Both the position numbers and the translations under genes were made by a program. Under the pieces are notes generated by a model. The model worked only from the letters and a program-made list of their open reading frames with translations. It searched no databases and was not told the origin of the DNA. From contig NC_088313.1 in NCBI RefSeq assembly GCF_910592395.1, forward strand, positions 17,702,500 to 17,766,499: 64,000 nt of DNA, in the 5' to 3' direction. Shown here piece after piece: positions 26,101 to 39,475 of the stretch. Position 1 is the stretch's first letter; every line of letters begins with the position of its first letter. The DNA comes from Lineus longissimus. Lineage: Eukaryota.

Positions 26101-26950
26101 TAGCTGCACGTTGAAATGACATCTAAAAATGGACATTGACTAACATGAATAAAGGCACATTAGAAAAACAATTGGACTTCTTGCATGTTAGATATATTTG
26201 AGAATATCCTGCCACTGGTAAAGGGGAAATATTGCCTCTGGTCCCTGCCAAGCGTGATTTCATCAAACTGAAGTTTTACAGGTCTGAGTGCTCATTGGAT
26301 AATCCTATGATAAAGGTTAGACTCTCAAGAGAGATTGGCATACCTTCTGTGTATGTGCAGCATGTTCCTCAGGAATGGCACCAACAGAAACTAGTGCATT
26401 TAGCAGTTCACCCTCAATGCTCTTCAAGCCAGTATCTCTATTGATAAAAGATGAAAAATAAATGAAATCACAACAACAACGGAAGAAGTAATTAAAGACC
26501 CATCAATCAACAGCTACTTCCACTGAGCAGAGTGGTAGTAACCTTATTTTAGACTTTTGACATAAAATTAATCAGAACGTGGGTAAATAGTTACTGTCCT
26601 TTTAAAACTAACCTTGGTTGATACTGCATGCCGTAGTAACCGACGCCAGAATACATCATGAACAATGCTACCTTCTTCTTCCTGGGAGTCACCTCCCCTT
26701 CTTTCCCACTTTCACCATCTTTGCTCACTTCCACAATTTTCGCACCAGCACTTGTAACCTCAGCAGCCTTTGGATCATCAGTTTTCAATTTCTTTGCCTC
26801 TGGATCTTCAGACTCTATTGCTGGACGTTTAAGTGCCATAGGTTCTGGACTTTCTGCCATTTTTACAAATGCGTCGTTACCAGACAACACTTTAGATATC
26901 TTTGTTGATTTCAGGAATGCGCCTGCTCTATTTACTAGCTTCCTTAACAT
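23152..26950 (-). CDS. PUS1: tRNA pseudouridine synthase PUS1-like gene (multi-exon CDS span)
   Basis: Exon 1 (26613-26950) encodes MLRKLVN...[19 protein letters not shown]. Further exons, on the minus strand:
- about 26331-26448: [19 protein letters not shown].
- about 26063-26118: [17 protein letters not shown].
- about 25840-25900: [15 protein letters not shown].
- about 25079-25190: [36 protein letters not shown].
- about 24757-24954: [30 protein letters not shown].
- about 24440-24600: GLMIAVVRG...[15 protein letters not shown].
- about 24112-24250: [37 protein letters not shown].
- last exon 23152-23552: [14 protein letters not shown]...
All are collinear with human PUS1. Internal exon boundaries are approximate. 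Confidence 0.85.
23833..23912 (-). other. Duplicated copy of the 5' part of the PUS1 terminal exon (pseudo-exon or alternative last exon)
   Basis: Minus-strand read cag|tatgatggcttggatgagaatattacactgtcacaagtttgactatcgagtacggatggaccctgaacctccagcgtag gives [25 protein letters not shown]. The real terminal exon reads [23 protein letters not shown]. The acceptor is intact. Confidence 0.5.
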
Positions 26951-28697
26951 TTGTCTCTGAAATCAGAAAATTATTCCTTGGCTCAGCCAGGGCAGGCAGA
27001 GCAGGCAACACTATGTAATTTCATAACACGTGGCTTATTCATTTTGCTTCGGGCAGGAGAACAAAAATCTATAGGTTATTCTATAATCTATAGATTATTC
27101 TTACTTATGAAGTGCAAAAGACTTTCTAAATTGCCTTACCTCGACAATAATCAGACTTTTCTCGCACAATTTTTCGACTTTTTGGAAATCATGGAGGCTG
27201 ACATTTTGTTGTGGTCGTCCATCAACTTCCCGCCTTACCGTTCAGGAGACTCGGTTGTCTTCGGCAGCTTTTGCCGTTGACCTCCCAATGGATTAGGCAG
27301 GGGTAACTAATTCTAGCATGTCCTATTCAAGAACTCTTCCATATCTAAGTTATTACGCCAAATTAGAACAACCATGTCACGGGAGGGTTAAAATCTTGGT
27401 ACAACCTTCCACCATTTAGGCCTTCTTTGTAGACTTGGCAATTCGTCCTCACACCCTCCCGAGTAGACACTTATATTTGTTACATCCCTCGGCATAGTCA
27501 CAATCAACCAGACATTCAGTCAGTCAGCGTGTGTCTTGTCCATAGTACGAAAGGATAGGATCAGGAGGAGCCCCCACACAACAACACACCCTCCCTCATC
27601 TCGTCTCTCATGGTCTTGATGTGCCACTGATGCCACATAGGGCCTACTTTACTTGGAGCACCTATGAGCCTGCAGTGATCTGAAGCCACATGCGTCAAAG
27701 AGGATTAATGAATGTAAAAAACAATAACAAGACCGATATGGCAGAAAGATAATTCATTTGGTAACAGTCAAGAGCTTTACATAGGTCATATCTGAATTTT
27801 TAAAAGAAATTAAATATTCATAATTAAGTTTGAAAGATGATCCTGGATTATTCTATTCTCCAAATTCAGACACCAGGGGGTCCCTGAGGTATGTCCCACT
27901 TATGTAATACAACGAATACATTTGACAAGATTAGTGATTGATTCCTAGAAGAGCTATTGGCTTCATCAGTATATAGTAGTAAACATATAATAAATAATTC
28001 AGTCACATTTTTAAACATATACGTACATCTAGCAATAAATCAAAATGACTATCTTTTCATCACAGCTATTACCAGTAAGTACTGGTAGGCCCAGTAGGCT
28101 TAATTGCAGTGTTGCACTTTCAAATATTAACAGTCCTGGGTCTCCTTACACGAAATATAAACACGAACACCTATCATTCCTTACGAAGACACATGTCCTT
28201 CACCAGGCATGTAGTGAGAAGGTGAAGTGTCTGAAATAACTTTCACCACTTCCATTTTGCCACCACATGAACACACTGGCAAAACAAGCACACAGCCCGA
28301 TTCCTGTGGGTATAATTTTATGCCAATTTTGTAAGTTAGAAAGCATATTATGACATTAGCCTTCGGTCTACATTGATCTATACGAAAGAAGGGATACACT
28401 TTGTAAGGCCAGGTTTACACAGGATACATGTTGTCATGATTCAAGCGTCACAGGTCACTTGTCACAAGCTTGTTTTTCCATAGACCTATAGGTTTGTAAA
28501 CACGTGAAAATATGACATGACAAGAAGCTGAAATGTGACAGGTGAATCTTATGTAGCCGACCCTTTGAAAATGACTTATTTGTTCTTAAAGTGACACGTT
28601 TAAAGTTAAAACGTAAACTCTATGTAAACCTAGCATAATACACAAAAGAAAACCTACAACAATTATCACAAATACATTCAGGTCTAATCATAACAGG

Positions 28698-31600
28698 TTA
28701 CTTTGATGAGATTAACCCCTCCGCAGTGTTGAAGAGGTTGATCGGTGAGTTGCCATCAGTGAGGAGGACGGATTCCAAGCCAAGGCTCGTCAGTAGTTTC
28801 ACCTGAAATTTGACAATCAGTAGATTAGGAAGCGTTCTTTGGGAAGATGAGATTGGTCAGTGTATTGAAACAAAACAGTGCCACACAACTGACACTGGGC
28901 AGGTGATAAGACAACCTCCTCCATTTCAAACCTGGAAATTGAAGTCCACAAGCTGGAAAATATCAACCAAAAGAGCTGCTAAGTTGCCTTTGGATCAGCC
29001 ATAATCAGGGCTTTCGTTGAACCATTTGCTTTGGGAAGAAACTACCATCATTGCACTTTTTCTTACCTGTCCTGCTGGACCAGCATTAGCCATAGCAACC
29101 ACGGTGTCTGCCCCAATTGTATTCATCATACTGGATATCTTAAAGATCTGGAAATGAAACACAACAGTGTATTAAAGTGACCATTAATATCCCTGGCTTT
29201 TGGTTAACGACGGCTGCAATTGTCTCCAGGCTCATATACTTGATGTTTCGTAATATAAGGAGATTTAATAAACAAAGTGATCCCTGGGTGCAAACGCAGG
29301 CTGAGAAAGTGTGTCTTCCAAAGCTCTGCCACGAGACCCCTACTCACTTCAATAGCAGCCATCTTCTTCATCTTGTCCACTTCAAGTTCGGCTCGCGCTT
29401 TCTCATATTCTATCTCGGCAGTACGTAACTGGAAAGAACACAAAATGTGCATCAAATAATACCCTTGAATCGAGAAACAGCTAACTAAGATTTTTCACCA
29501 ATTTGAAAGAAACTCCTGTACTGTAGTCGGATCTTTGTGTTTTCTCAAATAGATGTTTAATAAATGTACTTCAAGCCTGATTTTGTTGAAATTTTAACCA
29601 AACCTGGAGAAATGATACATAAGCACCATTCCCCTTGAGAACTGGGGTCTAACTATTACTGGATAACCTACCTTGTCCTGGCTTTCCAAGCTATTATAGT
29701 GTTCGATCTCGGCTGCCTCACATCTCAACTTCGTACCTGGAAGGAGTCAATCATAAGTATTTCAAGCGCAATTCTCAAAATGATGGAAAGTTAAGCAAGA
29801 ACTGGATTAACCACACGAACAACCAATTCAAGCACAAGACAATAGGATTACCTTCAATTTCACTCTGGCATTCAATAAGCATCTTCTCCGCTTGTGCCTG
29901 AGCCTCGGCCTGAGCTTGACCCGTGGACTCCACCGCGGCAGTCACAGCACGTAACTCGCACAACTTTGTTCTTGCCTTCTCCGCCTCCTTTTCATTCACG
30001 AGTTTCTGTCTCTCGAGTTGACCTCTGGCGATCTGTTCCAACCGTTTGGCCTCATGGGATGCAGCTCTCTCGATTGAGCTGAAATACAATGTAGGTTGTT
30101 TACAAGGTTAGTTAATATGCTTACTGTAGTTCCATGAAGGTTGGTTCGATGAGTCTTGCCACAGCACTCCTACTGTCAGACTGCTGGCTGAGAACAGACT
30201 TGAAATGGAAGCCTAAGACTGAGGTGTATCTCTTTATCTTTGCAAATGACCCCAAGGATTCTTTTCGGTGCATGCACCATGGGCAGTGCGAACACCAATC
30301 TGCCTTTATCAACCAGTTAAGTAGGAATAGTGAAAGAATGTGATTAGGGAGATCACATTTCAAATGGATCACTTGACTTCAGAAGTGAAGATTAAATTTC
30401 CTCTACGGGTCAATTATACTTACTTTGTTGCAATCTCGATGGCCATTTGTACAGACTGCATCAGGCTGTCACGCATCCTTGAATCGACCGGCTCTATGCT
30501 CTGGATGTCAATGTTTGTCACAACCTAAAGTAAAATACATGTAGAACAAGCTTAATCCAGGGAGGGGTTGGCCCAACATTGATTCTGAGGCTGCAGCTAA
30601 CAATTCTTTGGAGTAGTCTACACAGTAGGTGTAAAATGCAAGCGACTATCCAACACAGAAATGTCATCAACATATATTAATAGATACTTGTGATATACAG
30701 TGGAACCTCCCTTAGCGGACACCTATGTAAGCGACCATTACATTCTTTCCCTTCAATGAAATCCGTCATAGAGAAACAAAATCAAACCACAAAATTCCGG
30801 TCATTTTTAAATTACTCACCAAGTTATTTTGTGAAAATGTGAGAGCCTCTCTTGTTTTTCCAGTCTCATCAACTCCAAACACTGCAGTGTTGATAATCTT
30901 GGCTGAGTAACGATGGAATTCATCAAAGGCCGTGAGGGCCACTGAGCCTCGCACACGACTACCTGTAATAATTGACGGTCAAAAATCACAGACGAGACGA
31001 ACTCAACAGACTTTTTTCAGTATCGTTGATACATCAATTGGCCTACAATTGCAAATGAATGACCTCTCTGTTAGTAGCTCTTGAATTAGGAAGGGGAAGT
31101 TTAAGAACATGTCACAATTTCAGTATGAACTTACCAACTTGTCTACAAGCATATCCAATGAAATCTGGGACTGAAAATATCTTGGCTTCGGATTCTGGAT
31201 TTCCCCTTTCAACCTAAAAGAATTAAAAACTAATTTAGATTTCTCATGCATAAGCAAAATAACCATTCCAGTAGGTAAATAAATACATTCAATACTATCA
31301 TAATCATGAGTTAAAGTACACATGCAACTTTGGCTAAAATTAGACCAGTTTATGCCCTTTGACAAACTCGTCTGCATGTTATTGAGGAAAGGATTCTACT
31401 TTTTGGGGTAAGATGCATCAGTGTTACTTACCTGAAAGCAGTTGTTCATTGCAAGCCGGATCCTCAGTCGAGCGTGATCAGATGTCTCAACCTAGATGAG
31501 AATGAGAAAAAGACTTTCAGAGAAAAATAATCGTATGAAACAACACACAAGAGTCAATTTCACGCAGTTTGGCTTTATTTTATCAAAGTTATGAAAGTGC

Positions 31601-34600
31601 GATTGTTAGACCAAGTACTGTCAAGAAGTTCTTTTCTCAGGCCAACATCCCTAATCACATGATCGCGGTTGCAGCACCATCATTCATAGATTCCAGTACA
31701 GGAATTCCACCACTTACCACGAGTTCATCAGTTATGAAATCTGGCCCAAGCATCAAACAGAGCGACTTGAACGCGTCTTCTTTCTTTGGTTTGCCACCAC
31801 TGAGACTGAGAACGTTGAAATCTTCATGAGGACCGAGAACAACGAGGTCGGGACCGAAGACAACACGCGCCGTCTTCTCTTGATAGTTGTACACTTGGAC
31901 AGCACAGTTCCCTGGACACTTGTAGGTCACCACTCTAGACTTGTCACGAGACTGGAGAATACGAAGAACCAAAAGTTTACTCAGAGGACTCTGCCTTTAG
32001 TACTTCAATGTTCATGTTGATTTGCACCATGCTACCTCAAGTTCCAAATCAATTAGTCAATTGATCCACTAAATCTAACCTCAACTATTTCGTCATTCAA
32101 TTGAGAGACCCATCATCACCTACAGTACAGAAGAACAAAAGAGAGGTGAGCATGTTGGTCAGGGCGTCGTAAGAGTTTTCAATAATACTTACTTCTGTGA
32201 ATGCAGGGTCGATGGACTGCTCGTAATAGGCTAGCTTTCTGATGTCACTGCCAGCAGCACTATAAACACCCCCTTGTCTGGAAGAATGACGAAACTTTTA
32301 ACAAAAAAATGGAAATTGCACCTGGTATTCACTTTTAACTTCTGTTGTTAAAAAGCTTCATTCAAGAATGACACGAGTGGTTTATCCAATCAACGAACCA
32401 GTATTACACAGTCATCTTACTTTAGCTACCAACCAACTTCAACCATGTCATCAGCATATGTCACTGGCAAGGTTTTAACTGCATTTTCCAAGGTTTTAAG
32501 CAGCAGTCACTGGCAAGAAAGGAGCAATAATCATAACTACAAAATTTCATGTCTATCTTCACCTCAAGTGGTCTACATGTACCTACCTAAGCATTATGTC
32601 GACCAAAGGTGGCAACTTTTTCGCCCAGAGATCTTCGTAGGCTGTCAGGAGGTATGAGCAAGGACCAAGCATCGAACGCACCTTGCCTGTCTGGACATCA
32701 CGGATGTAAACTCCTTCATTCTTGCCAAGAGCAATGGCTTTCCTGGAGTAAAGAATGACAGGTAATCTCAAGTTCATGAAGAAAAGCAGGGAATCGGCCA
32801 AATAATGGTTTGGCACCGGGCTCAAAACCCAATGGTTGTGATCATGCTAACTGCTGTGGATATCAGACTATAGACCACAACTTGGGTCTTTGAAGTTTAC
32901 GCAGCGGGACAGCACTTACCTGCTGCAGACAATGGAGACCTGAATTGGTGGAATATACTCCGTTGGTCCCATGATCATCCAGCGGTCACCAGGGCATCGC
33001 TTCTTTCCTGAAAAGGCATTGTTCATCTGTATCCTTAGTTTGAAAGTGAGCATAAGAATTCAGCATTCTTGATATAGGAGGAGACAAGAGGCTTCTTTGG
33101 CCTCCACTTCCCAGTATTCAGCTGCCTATTTCTAGACTAGACCCTTCTCCGAGCAAGGGGCCTCTAGTAAATACGTTACTGGGATGGCTGAAATGGTAAT
33201 ACAATAGAAGAAAATACCTGCTTCTTGCTTTCATTAATACCTTTTGCCATTCCATCCTTGAATGCTTCTATTGCAGTAAGAACAACAGCTTCATCAGGTC
33301 CAAGTAGTAATGAACGCTGGATACCTTTTTCCAACTCCTCTCCTGTGAATAAGAAGAAAATAACAAAGTTATTGCATGTCTTTTAGATAGACCCTGGAGT
33401 ATACAGCTGGGCGTGTCCAACCCCAGCCTACACGGAGTAAAGACAACAGATCATTTTATTTCCACAAATAAAGATTTTTTGAGAAATCCACTAAACTAAA
33501 ATACTTGGGGGTTTGCAGTTCATTTACACACATACCTGGGTGGAGGAAGAATGAGCAGATACCAACTCTCAGTTCTTTCTTTCCAAGTTGATTCTTGCCA
33601 TGGTTGTCAACTGGTTCCAGGACGACGCAGTACTCATGATTCTTCAATATGGTCTTCTTTATTGTTTCTTTGACACGCTGAAAATTGAACATCAAATTTG
33701 TCACACTGAAAATAGGATATCAGATTTCTAATACATGCAATTTCCTAATGGTACTAACCACTCCAATTGCTGGGATAAAGCACTCTGTTTCTTCAACAGT
33801 GACCAACCATTCTTCCCCGGATGCTCTGCAAGTATGAAAACAAATATAACTCACTCAAAACAAAACTGTCATACAGCAAAACTCAAAGTCAAGCAAGAAA
33901 TAAACACATTCCAACGTATAGGAGTCTGAATACATCAAAAGGACACCTCATGAATTGTGAAATATCACCCTTTATGAAGTCAGGAGAACTGTCCTGATAA
34001 CACAACTAAAATTCACGAAAATTTACCACTTTTGGAACTACGCAGTCCACTTGTCGATTTGGAGAAGTACTCACTAGTCAAAGTAACTAGGGCAATTCTT
34101 CACAAGTTATTTTGCTACCTAATTTACCTGTCTTTTCCAAATTGATCCACAGTGTTCTGGTCTGCCTGAAGATGGAGTGCCGTATCGAGAGTCAAGGTCA
34201 TTGGCTTCTCTATACCGACAACTTCTTCAAATACTCCAGGAAGATAGGCACCAGGTTTCCTGACCAGCCATTCCTCCCCAGTCACTCGCTCTCTTTAAGG
34301 AAATCAGAAAAATCATTGACCTTGCTTTGATGTGCATCAAAACTTGGGTAACTAAAACATGCACCAAATTATAAACAGATCTAGTTTACCACCATCTTTT
34401 ACATTTGCTCCAAATGTGTATTATTGATGTTGCTGTTTGGCACCGCTTCCTGCCCCATGATTCCGGATTCCCACTGAAACCAGATAGTCAAGATTTGCCA
34501 ATAGCTGTCAGGCAGAGTAACCTGCCCTTGAATAGTAACTCAGGAATCTCAACTTATGTATCACTATGTCACTCTCTCCTGGCACCTTCTGAATGAATTC

Positions 34601-36068
34601 AAATAGAATAGTGCAGAGAGAAATTTCACAAGTTTTTAACGATAGAGAAATTTTCCACTTACTTTCCTTCAAAATCAACAGTGCCCTGCAACGCCCTGAC
34701 ACGAAGTGCATCACCTTCTATTATGATCGTTGGGCTGGTGTAGCAAACGATATCCTGAAGAGAAAGAAAAGATATCATATCACATATCATATCAAGGACA
34801 ATCAGTAACGAAGACCTACTGAGAGACGCTAACCTGAAGCCCATATCAGAATTGGTGAAGGAACGAAGATGGCAATGGTTGGGCCATGTGCTCCGAATGC
34901 CTGCAAACGCATTGCCAAGGAGAGCACTCACATGGACACCACAGGGGAGACGGAATAGAGGCAGACCAAGAGAGACCTGGCGGCGTTCCATGGCAAAGGA
35001 ACTTCAAGAGAAGGGCCTAACGTGGGAGGCAGCCAGACAGCGAGCAGCCAACAGACTTGAGTGGAGGACCCTGGGGCACGCCCCATGTGCCACCTAGGGC
35101 ACGAAGGGTCCTAAGTAAGTAAGTATCATATCAAAGTAACAAGAGGAAGTAAGAGTACCACCAATACAGCAGGTTATTTTTTTAGAAGCCTGAAGGCGAG
35201 ATACCTACAACATTTGGATCAGGGTGATAAGTCAATGGCCCTTCCAACTGCCATTGGTCCTCCGCACTCCTCGCAGTACCATTGTCATCAAAGTCAACCC
35301 GAGCCTTCAGACGAATTCCATGGTTCGCCTTCAATGTCGGTAGTTTCTTGATGGCCTTGGAATAATCATTGGTGCTGGTACCAAAGTTACGCTCATGGCA
35401 AAGGACTTCCCCTGGGTAGAGTGGGAAGGGTTCTCCATGGAAGCGAACATCAAAATGTCCATGTCTCAACTCGGACAGCTTTCCAGGCTCATATTTCCTG
35501 CAAAGTAAGATAGCAGAAGAGAGTTGATGACAAAGTATGTAAGATTGTTCCACACTCTGATGAAAGCAAATCACCTAAAATACTTGTTGTATTACATGTA
35601 AACTGTGTGGTGTACTGTCATATCTCTAGTGTTGTGGGATCTTTGCAAATACCTTTTAAGCTTAATTTAATCATGATAGCCCAATTTTAGACATGATTAC
35701 AAACATCATACTCACACAATAGGATTCTGAATGGTGCAATAGTGACCTGGAGGGACAATGATGAAGGGAATGGGACCCATTGTCAGAACTTCATGAGTCT
35801 GCAGACACAGAGACTGTGGCCCTTCTTCTATCTTAGTAACATTAGTTCTCTGAAAATGAAATGAAAGGATAAGGCCTGTCATTGTCAACTAACTTAACTA
35901 TGGCTCACGGCTTCAGGCGGGCTTGGCCTCGGCCTGAAATGCACTGCCAAAAAAGCCTAAAATGGACTGCTAAAAAGTATCAAATGACATAATCATAGGC
36001 CGAAGAAAACTCACCTGGTCCAAAATATGGACAAACTGAAGATTGGGGATTCCAATAATTTTACTCAT
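28698..36068 (-). CDS. MVP: Major vault protein (MVP) gene, about 20 coding exons (CDS span)
   Basis: Exon 1 (36015-36068) encodes [18 protein letters not shown] followed by a gtgagt donor; human is [21 protein letters not shown]. Exon 2 at about 35717-35852 reads [14 protein letters not shown]. The 35205-35510 exon reads [15 protein letters not shown]...[11 protein letters not shown]. Later exons, in order along the minus strand, contain:
- [10 protein letters not shown].
- [27 protein letters not shown].
- [17 protein letters not shown].
- [35 protein letters not shown].
- [19 protein letters not shown].
- The coiled-coil cap-helix region [19 protein letters not shown] and [15 protein letters not shown].
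- [34 protein letters not shown], ending at the stop codon 28698-28700. Confidence 0.9.
30696..30760. repeat. Fragment of the same Tc1-like MITE family as 61220-61401
   Basis: tacagtggaacctcccttagcggacacct matches the terminus tacagtggaacctccctaagcgtacacct of the element at 61220. Lies in an MVP intron. Confidence 0.4.
34790..35135 (+). mobile_element. 5'-truncated non-LTR retrotransposon (LINE, RTE/CR1-like) 3' end, antisense in an MVP intron
   Basis: The [80 protein letters not shown] matches the C-terminal tail motif common to many animal LINE ORF2 proteins (WLGHV.RM...RGRP..TWRR.....L...GL.W.EA...A..R..WR). It is followed by a (TAAG)n microsatellite tail. Confidence 0.65.
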
Positions 36069-36639
36069 TTTGTCATCTGTGTCAGTTGTCTACAGCTATT
36101 CTTAATTGACCCTGAGTTTCTTGGGTTGCGATGCAATGGACGAGACGAGGAACAGCCTTGATAGGTGTTTGTGCAGCCCTGGATTGTTTATTCTTGTGAA
36201 AAAAGAAGTTTTATTTCCTGGTTTGCATTCCTGAGGGGTTTCCCAATCAACCTCGTCTTCGTAGGAATTCATTCACAATCCAAAAATAGAACAAGGCATC
36301 TGTCATGTCCAGCGCCACCGTCAGGTGCTGCTACCTATATTGTTATACGTCCAGCACCACCGCCAGGTGCTGCCATCTATATTGTTAATTGTACTATCTA
36401 GCGCACTACTGCCAATCACAAAGTTGTTATTTTTACATGTCAATTTCTCTGCTATAAATCGCAATTTAGGCTTTGAATTATCAGAAATGATATATAACTG
36501 ATTTATGTTGTCATTATTATGAAAAATTATCCGAAAAGCGGTGTTTTAGCGCTAACTAATGGTTTGAGGTTGTTCAGTGAAGATTTCCTATTTTGACAGG
36601 TTTGGGACTTCTGTGTAGTAGCAATGCACAAGTTTCAAG
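36069..36639. promoter_or_regulatory. Putative bidirectional promoter between MVP (minus) and the DCLRE1A-like gene (plus), containing a roughly 40-bp direct repeat
   Basis: Head-to-head start codons at 36068 (MVP) and 36640 (DCLRE1A-like). The direct repeat ccagc(g/a)ccaccg(t/c)caggtgctgc(t/c)a(c/t)ctatattgtta occurs at 36308 and 36351. Confidence 0.5.
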
Positions 36640-37000
36640 ATGGAAGATTCAAATGATTTTTCAGACTTTCAACCAGCAAATAAGTCATTCAGAGTGTTCA
36701 GAACAAAACAAAAAGGTGTTATTAGGGATAAGCTTGCTAAATCTCAAAAGCTTACCCAAGTTGATGACACTAATGTTTTGCAATCTCATGCACGAATGCG
36801 AAGAAAAAACGAAAAGTTCGCCAACTGTGACACTAACACCAACAGTGCCAACACTGGCAACAGTAGCAATACAAGAAAGTTTCGTAACAAATCTAAACCA
36901 CCAGCAACCAAGGCGAAGAACCAAAATTCAGGATTGTGTCGGACCAGTCAGACGTCCTATATCGATAACACTTTAGCGCATGAGAATACCACAGAGAAAG
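36640..37000 (+). CDS. DCLRE1A: DCLRE1A/SNM1A-like gene, coding exon 1 (N-terminal, poorly conserved)
   Basis: ATG at 36640 opens an ORF MEDSNDFSDFQ...HENTTEK(G). The aaag|gtatga donor leaves phase 1, which matches exon 2 starting g|gt.. in frame. The N-terminus is not conserved enough to confirm. Confidence 0.5.
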
Positions 37001-37453
37001 GTATGATAATGGCATGCTTCGTAAGTTTCAGCACAGTCGATGTGGTCGTAGTTCTTTCACCCATGACCAGAGACTCAGAGACATGCCACGGGAGACTGCA
37101 TTACTCCACAAAGATGTGACGGCTTGCATCATCAACTGTTGTCGAGTTGAATCAAAATAGGTTGGCTCCTGCCTGGAGCCAGTGGAGGAGTTTAAGACTA
37201 ACTTCATCCATTCAGTTGACAGATATACTGACTGTATAGTGTATATGGTCGATCACAGTCATCTCAGTCGGGTGATCTGAGCCATTCCCAAGATGATCAT
37301 GTAGTCGTATCTTGTGATGTGGTGTCCTGAAATTCCAGTGCTGATGCATTATGCTAGATACCTGAGATGAGCACCAATGTAATTATCTGAACCTTGGAGC
37401 AATGATTACTTGTCATTAAAGGTTAAGTTGTAATTCCTCATTCTGGCTTGCAG

Positions 37454-39136
37454 GTTTAGATTCTGATGTCACAGTTGTACATCAAAGTCCACAGAGATCC
37501 GAAAGAAAGGAACAAAGATCTGCAACACCAAACTCCACCTCTAAGAATCAGACAATTTTGAATTCCTACTTTGATATCAAATCTACTCCAACAACACCAG
37601 TAGGAAAACAGACTGGTTCCAATTCTTCAGGTAAAAGATCTTCCCAGAAAGCATCACAATCCAAGTCAGCTAGAGCAAAAAGGAGATTATCGACTGAAGA
37701 TTCAAAGGTGCCTAAGTCTAGATTAGGAAAGAAGAAGAGAGGAGCTTTACAATCTCAAACATCCTGTCGCAAGAAGAGAGTGCAAACCTATGTCATTGAT
37801 GACAGTGATAGTGATGTAGTTTGTATCGGAGATGCGGAGAGGGCTACATCGAAACAGAAAATGTTTGACGACTTTGTTGACAACGAGGAAAAGCGGGATG
37901 CTGTGAAATCAATTGATGTTGAAAGTGTTGATACTGCTGCAACTGAATCTTCATCAAAAGGTTGTACAAATTTCAACGAATTGGATGAAGATGTGTGTCC
38001 AGGTGCTGAAGGATTTCAGAATTTTCAACTTGACAGATCGGATTCTGAAGAGGATGTGTTCACTGGAAATTCGAAAATTGATCATGCTGTGGAAGAACTG
38101 TTTTCTGATGAAATGGATGATGAAGCTGGTGAAGTCTTACCCCTTGACAGATCTGAAGAGGACGTATTCACAGGTAGTGTCTCAAGCCACTTAAAAAAAG
38201 ATGTATCTGGGGATAACCTGTATCCTGGTGGTGAACTTGGTTGTTGCACTGTGTTTTCACGCGACATTTCGGAAGAGAATATTTTTTCAGGCAATATGAC
38301 CAGCTCAAAACGTGTAGGGGAAGAATGTCAAGAGGACATATTTCTAGATCTGGAAGACATCTCAATGAGAGATTGTGCAGTGAAACCATGTTCCCAAGGG
38401 GGCTCCTTACTGACATTGACAGAGGATACGAATCGGGACCATGGTGCGACAAGTATTGGACATGACAATGCCACAAAGGTTGAAAGCAATGATACCGGTT
38501 CCAAAGATGTTAGCCAAAAAGATTTTGCGCCACCTTCTAGTGACTTCCCCTCCCTAGATGAGGGTGAAAGTGATGATGAATTCTTTGCAGCTTTAGACAT
38601 ATTAGAGGAGAACCAGCGTGTGACGCGGAGTGATAAAGATTCCATTGAATCAACTGCGTCCTCTGTTTCTTCTACTTTAGCATGTGGTCAACAACCGTCA
38701 AGAACTTCTGGTTTGCTCAGCACCCTCAGTAATTTATCATCTCAGTTTTCCCTGTTTTCTGGAAGAAGTACATTGACATCCTCTGTACCGGACTCAGAAA
38801 CAGTGGACTCTACTGGAAAATCACAAAGCAGCAGCAATGAGGTTCAGGAAACTGGTTACAAAGTGAATTCTAATGCTTCAAAACAAACTTCAATCAGTTC
38901 ATTTTTCAAGGCTAAGTTTTCTGTGTCTTCGAATGGTGTACCGCTAAGCGTCGCTGCAGGGACTCGGAGTAAAAGCATGACTGCCACAAAAACTCAAAGA
39001 CAATCAAAGGAGGAATCGTCTCAGTCTCAGCCAAACGCTTACCAATCTGACAGCAGTGGAACAAGCAGTAACTTCAGTCATCTCCAGGTTTATAGTGGCA
39101 GCAAGAGATCTTGTCCATTCTACAAGAAAATTCCAG
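37454..39136 (+). CDS. DCLRE1A: DCLRE1A/SNM1A-like coding exon 2, a large Ser/Asp/Glu-rich low-complexity region ending in the conserved CPFYKKIPG
   Basis: Acceptor ttctggcttgcag|gt. ORF continuous to ...GSKRSCPFYKKIPG. Donor ccag|gtttgt. Human SNM1A has [22 protein letters not shown] at the same junction. Confidence 0.8.
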
Positions 39137-39475
39137 GTTTGTAAAACACAAAAGCATTGGTGAGCCCTTGATTTTTACAGTTTCAGCGAAGATCAGGTTC
39201 CATTCAAGTCTATTCGCAGGTTAAAAACAACAACGTGTCTTTTCATTATCCGAATGGTTACATATTTTAGGAGTACCAGGTTTGTCCAGTACATGTATGG
39301 TGTATGTACATGTATGGGAGTAGAGTTAGAGTCCTATTGAAACTGAAGCAATTCTGGAGTGATGGAAAAAACAGAATGAGTTTTCTACATTTCTCTACAA
39401 TGCTCATGAACATACCTAAAGCTATATTGGATGTACTTGTGCCACTATCACAACTTATTCCTTTCCTTCTTTCAG

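Noticed and set aside
36593-36976. Alternative ORF 36593-36976 as the DCLRE1A-like start
   Set aside because: Only the 36640 frame gives a phase-consistent donor (aaag|gt at 37000) that joins exon 2 in frame.
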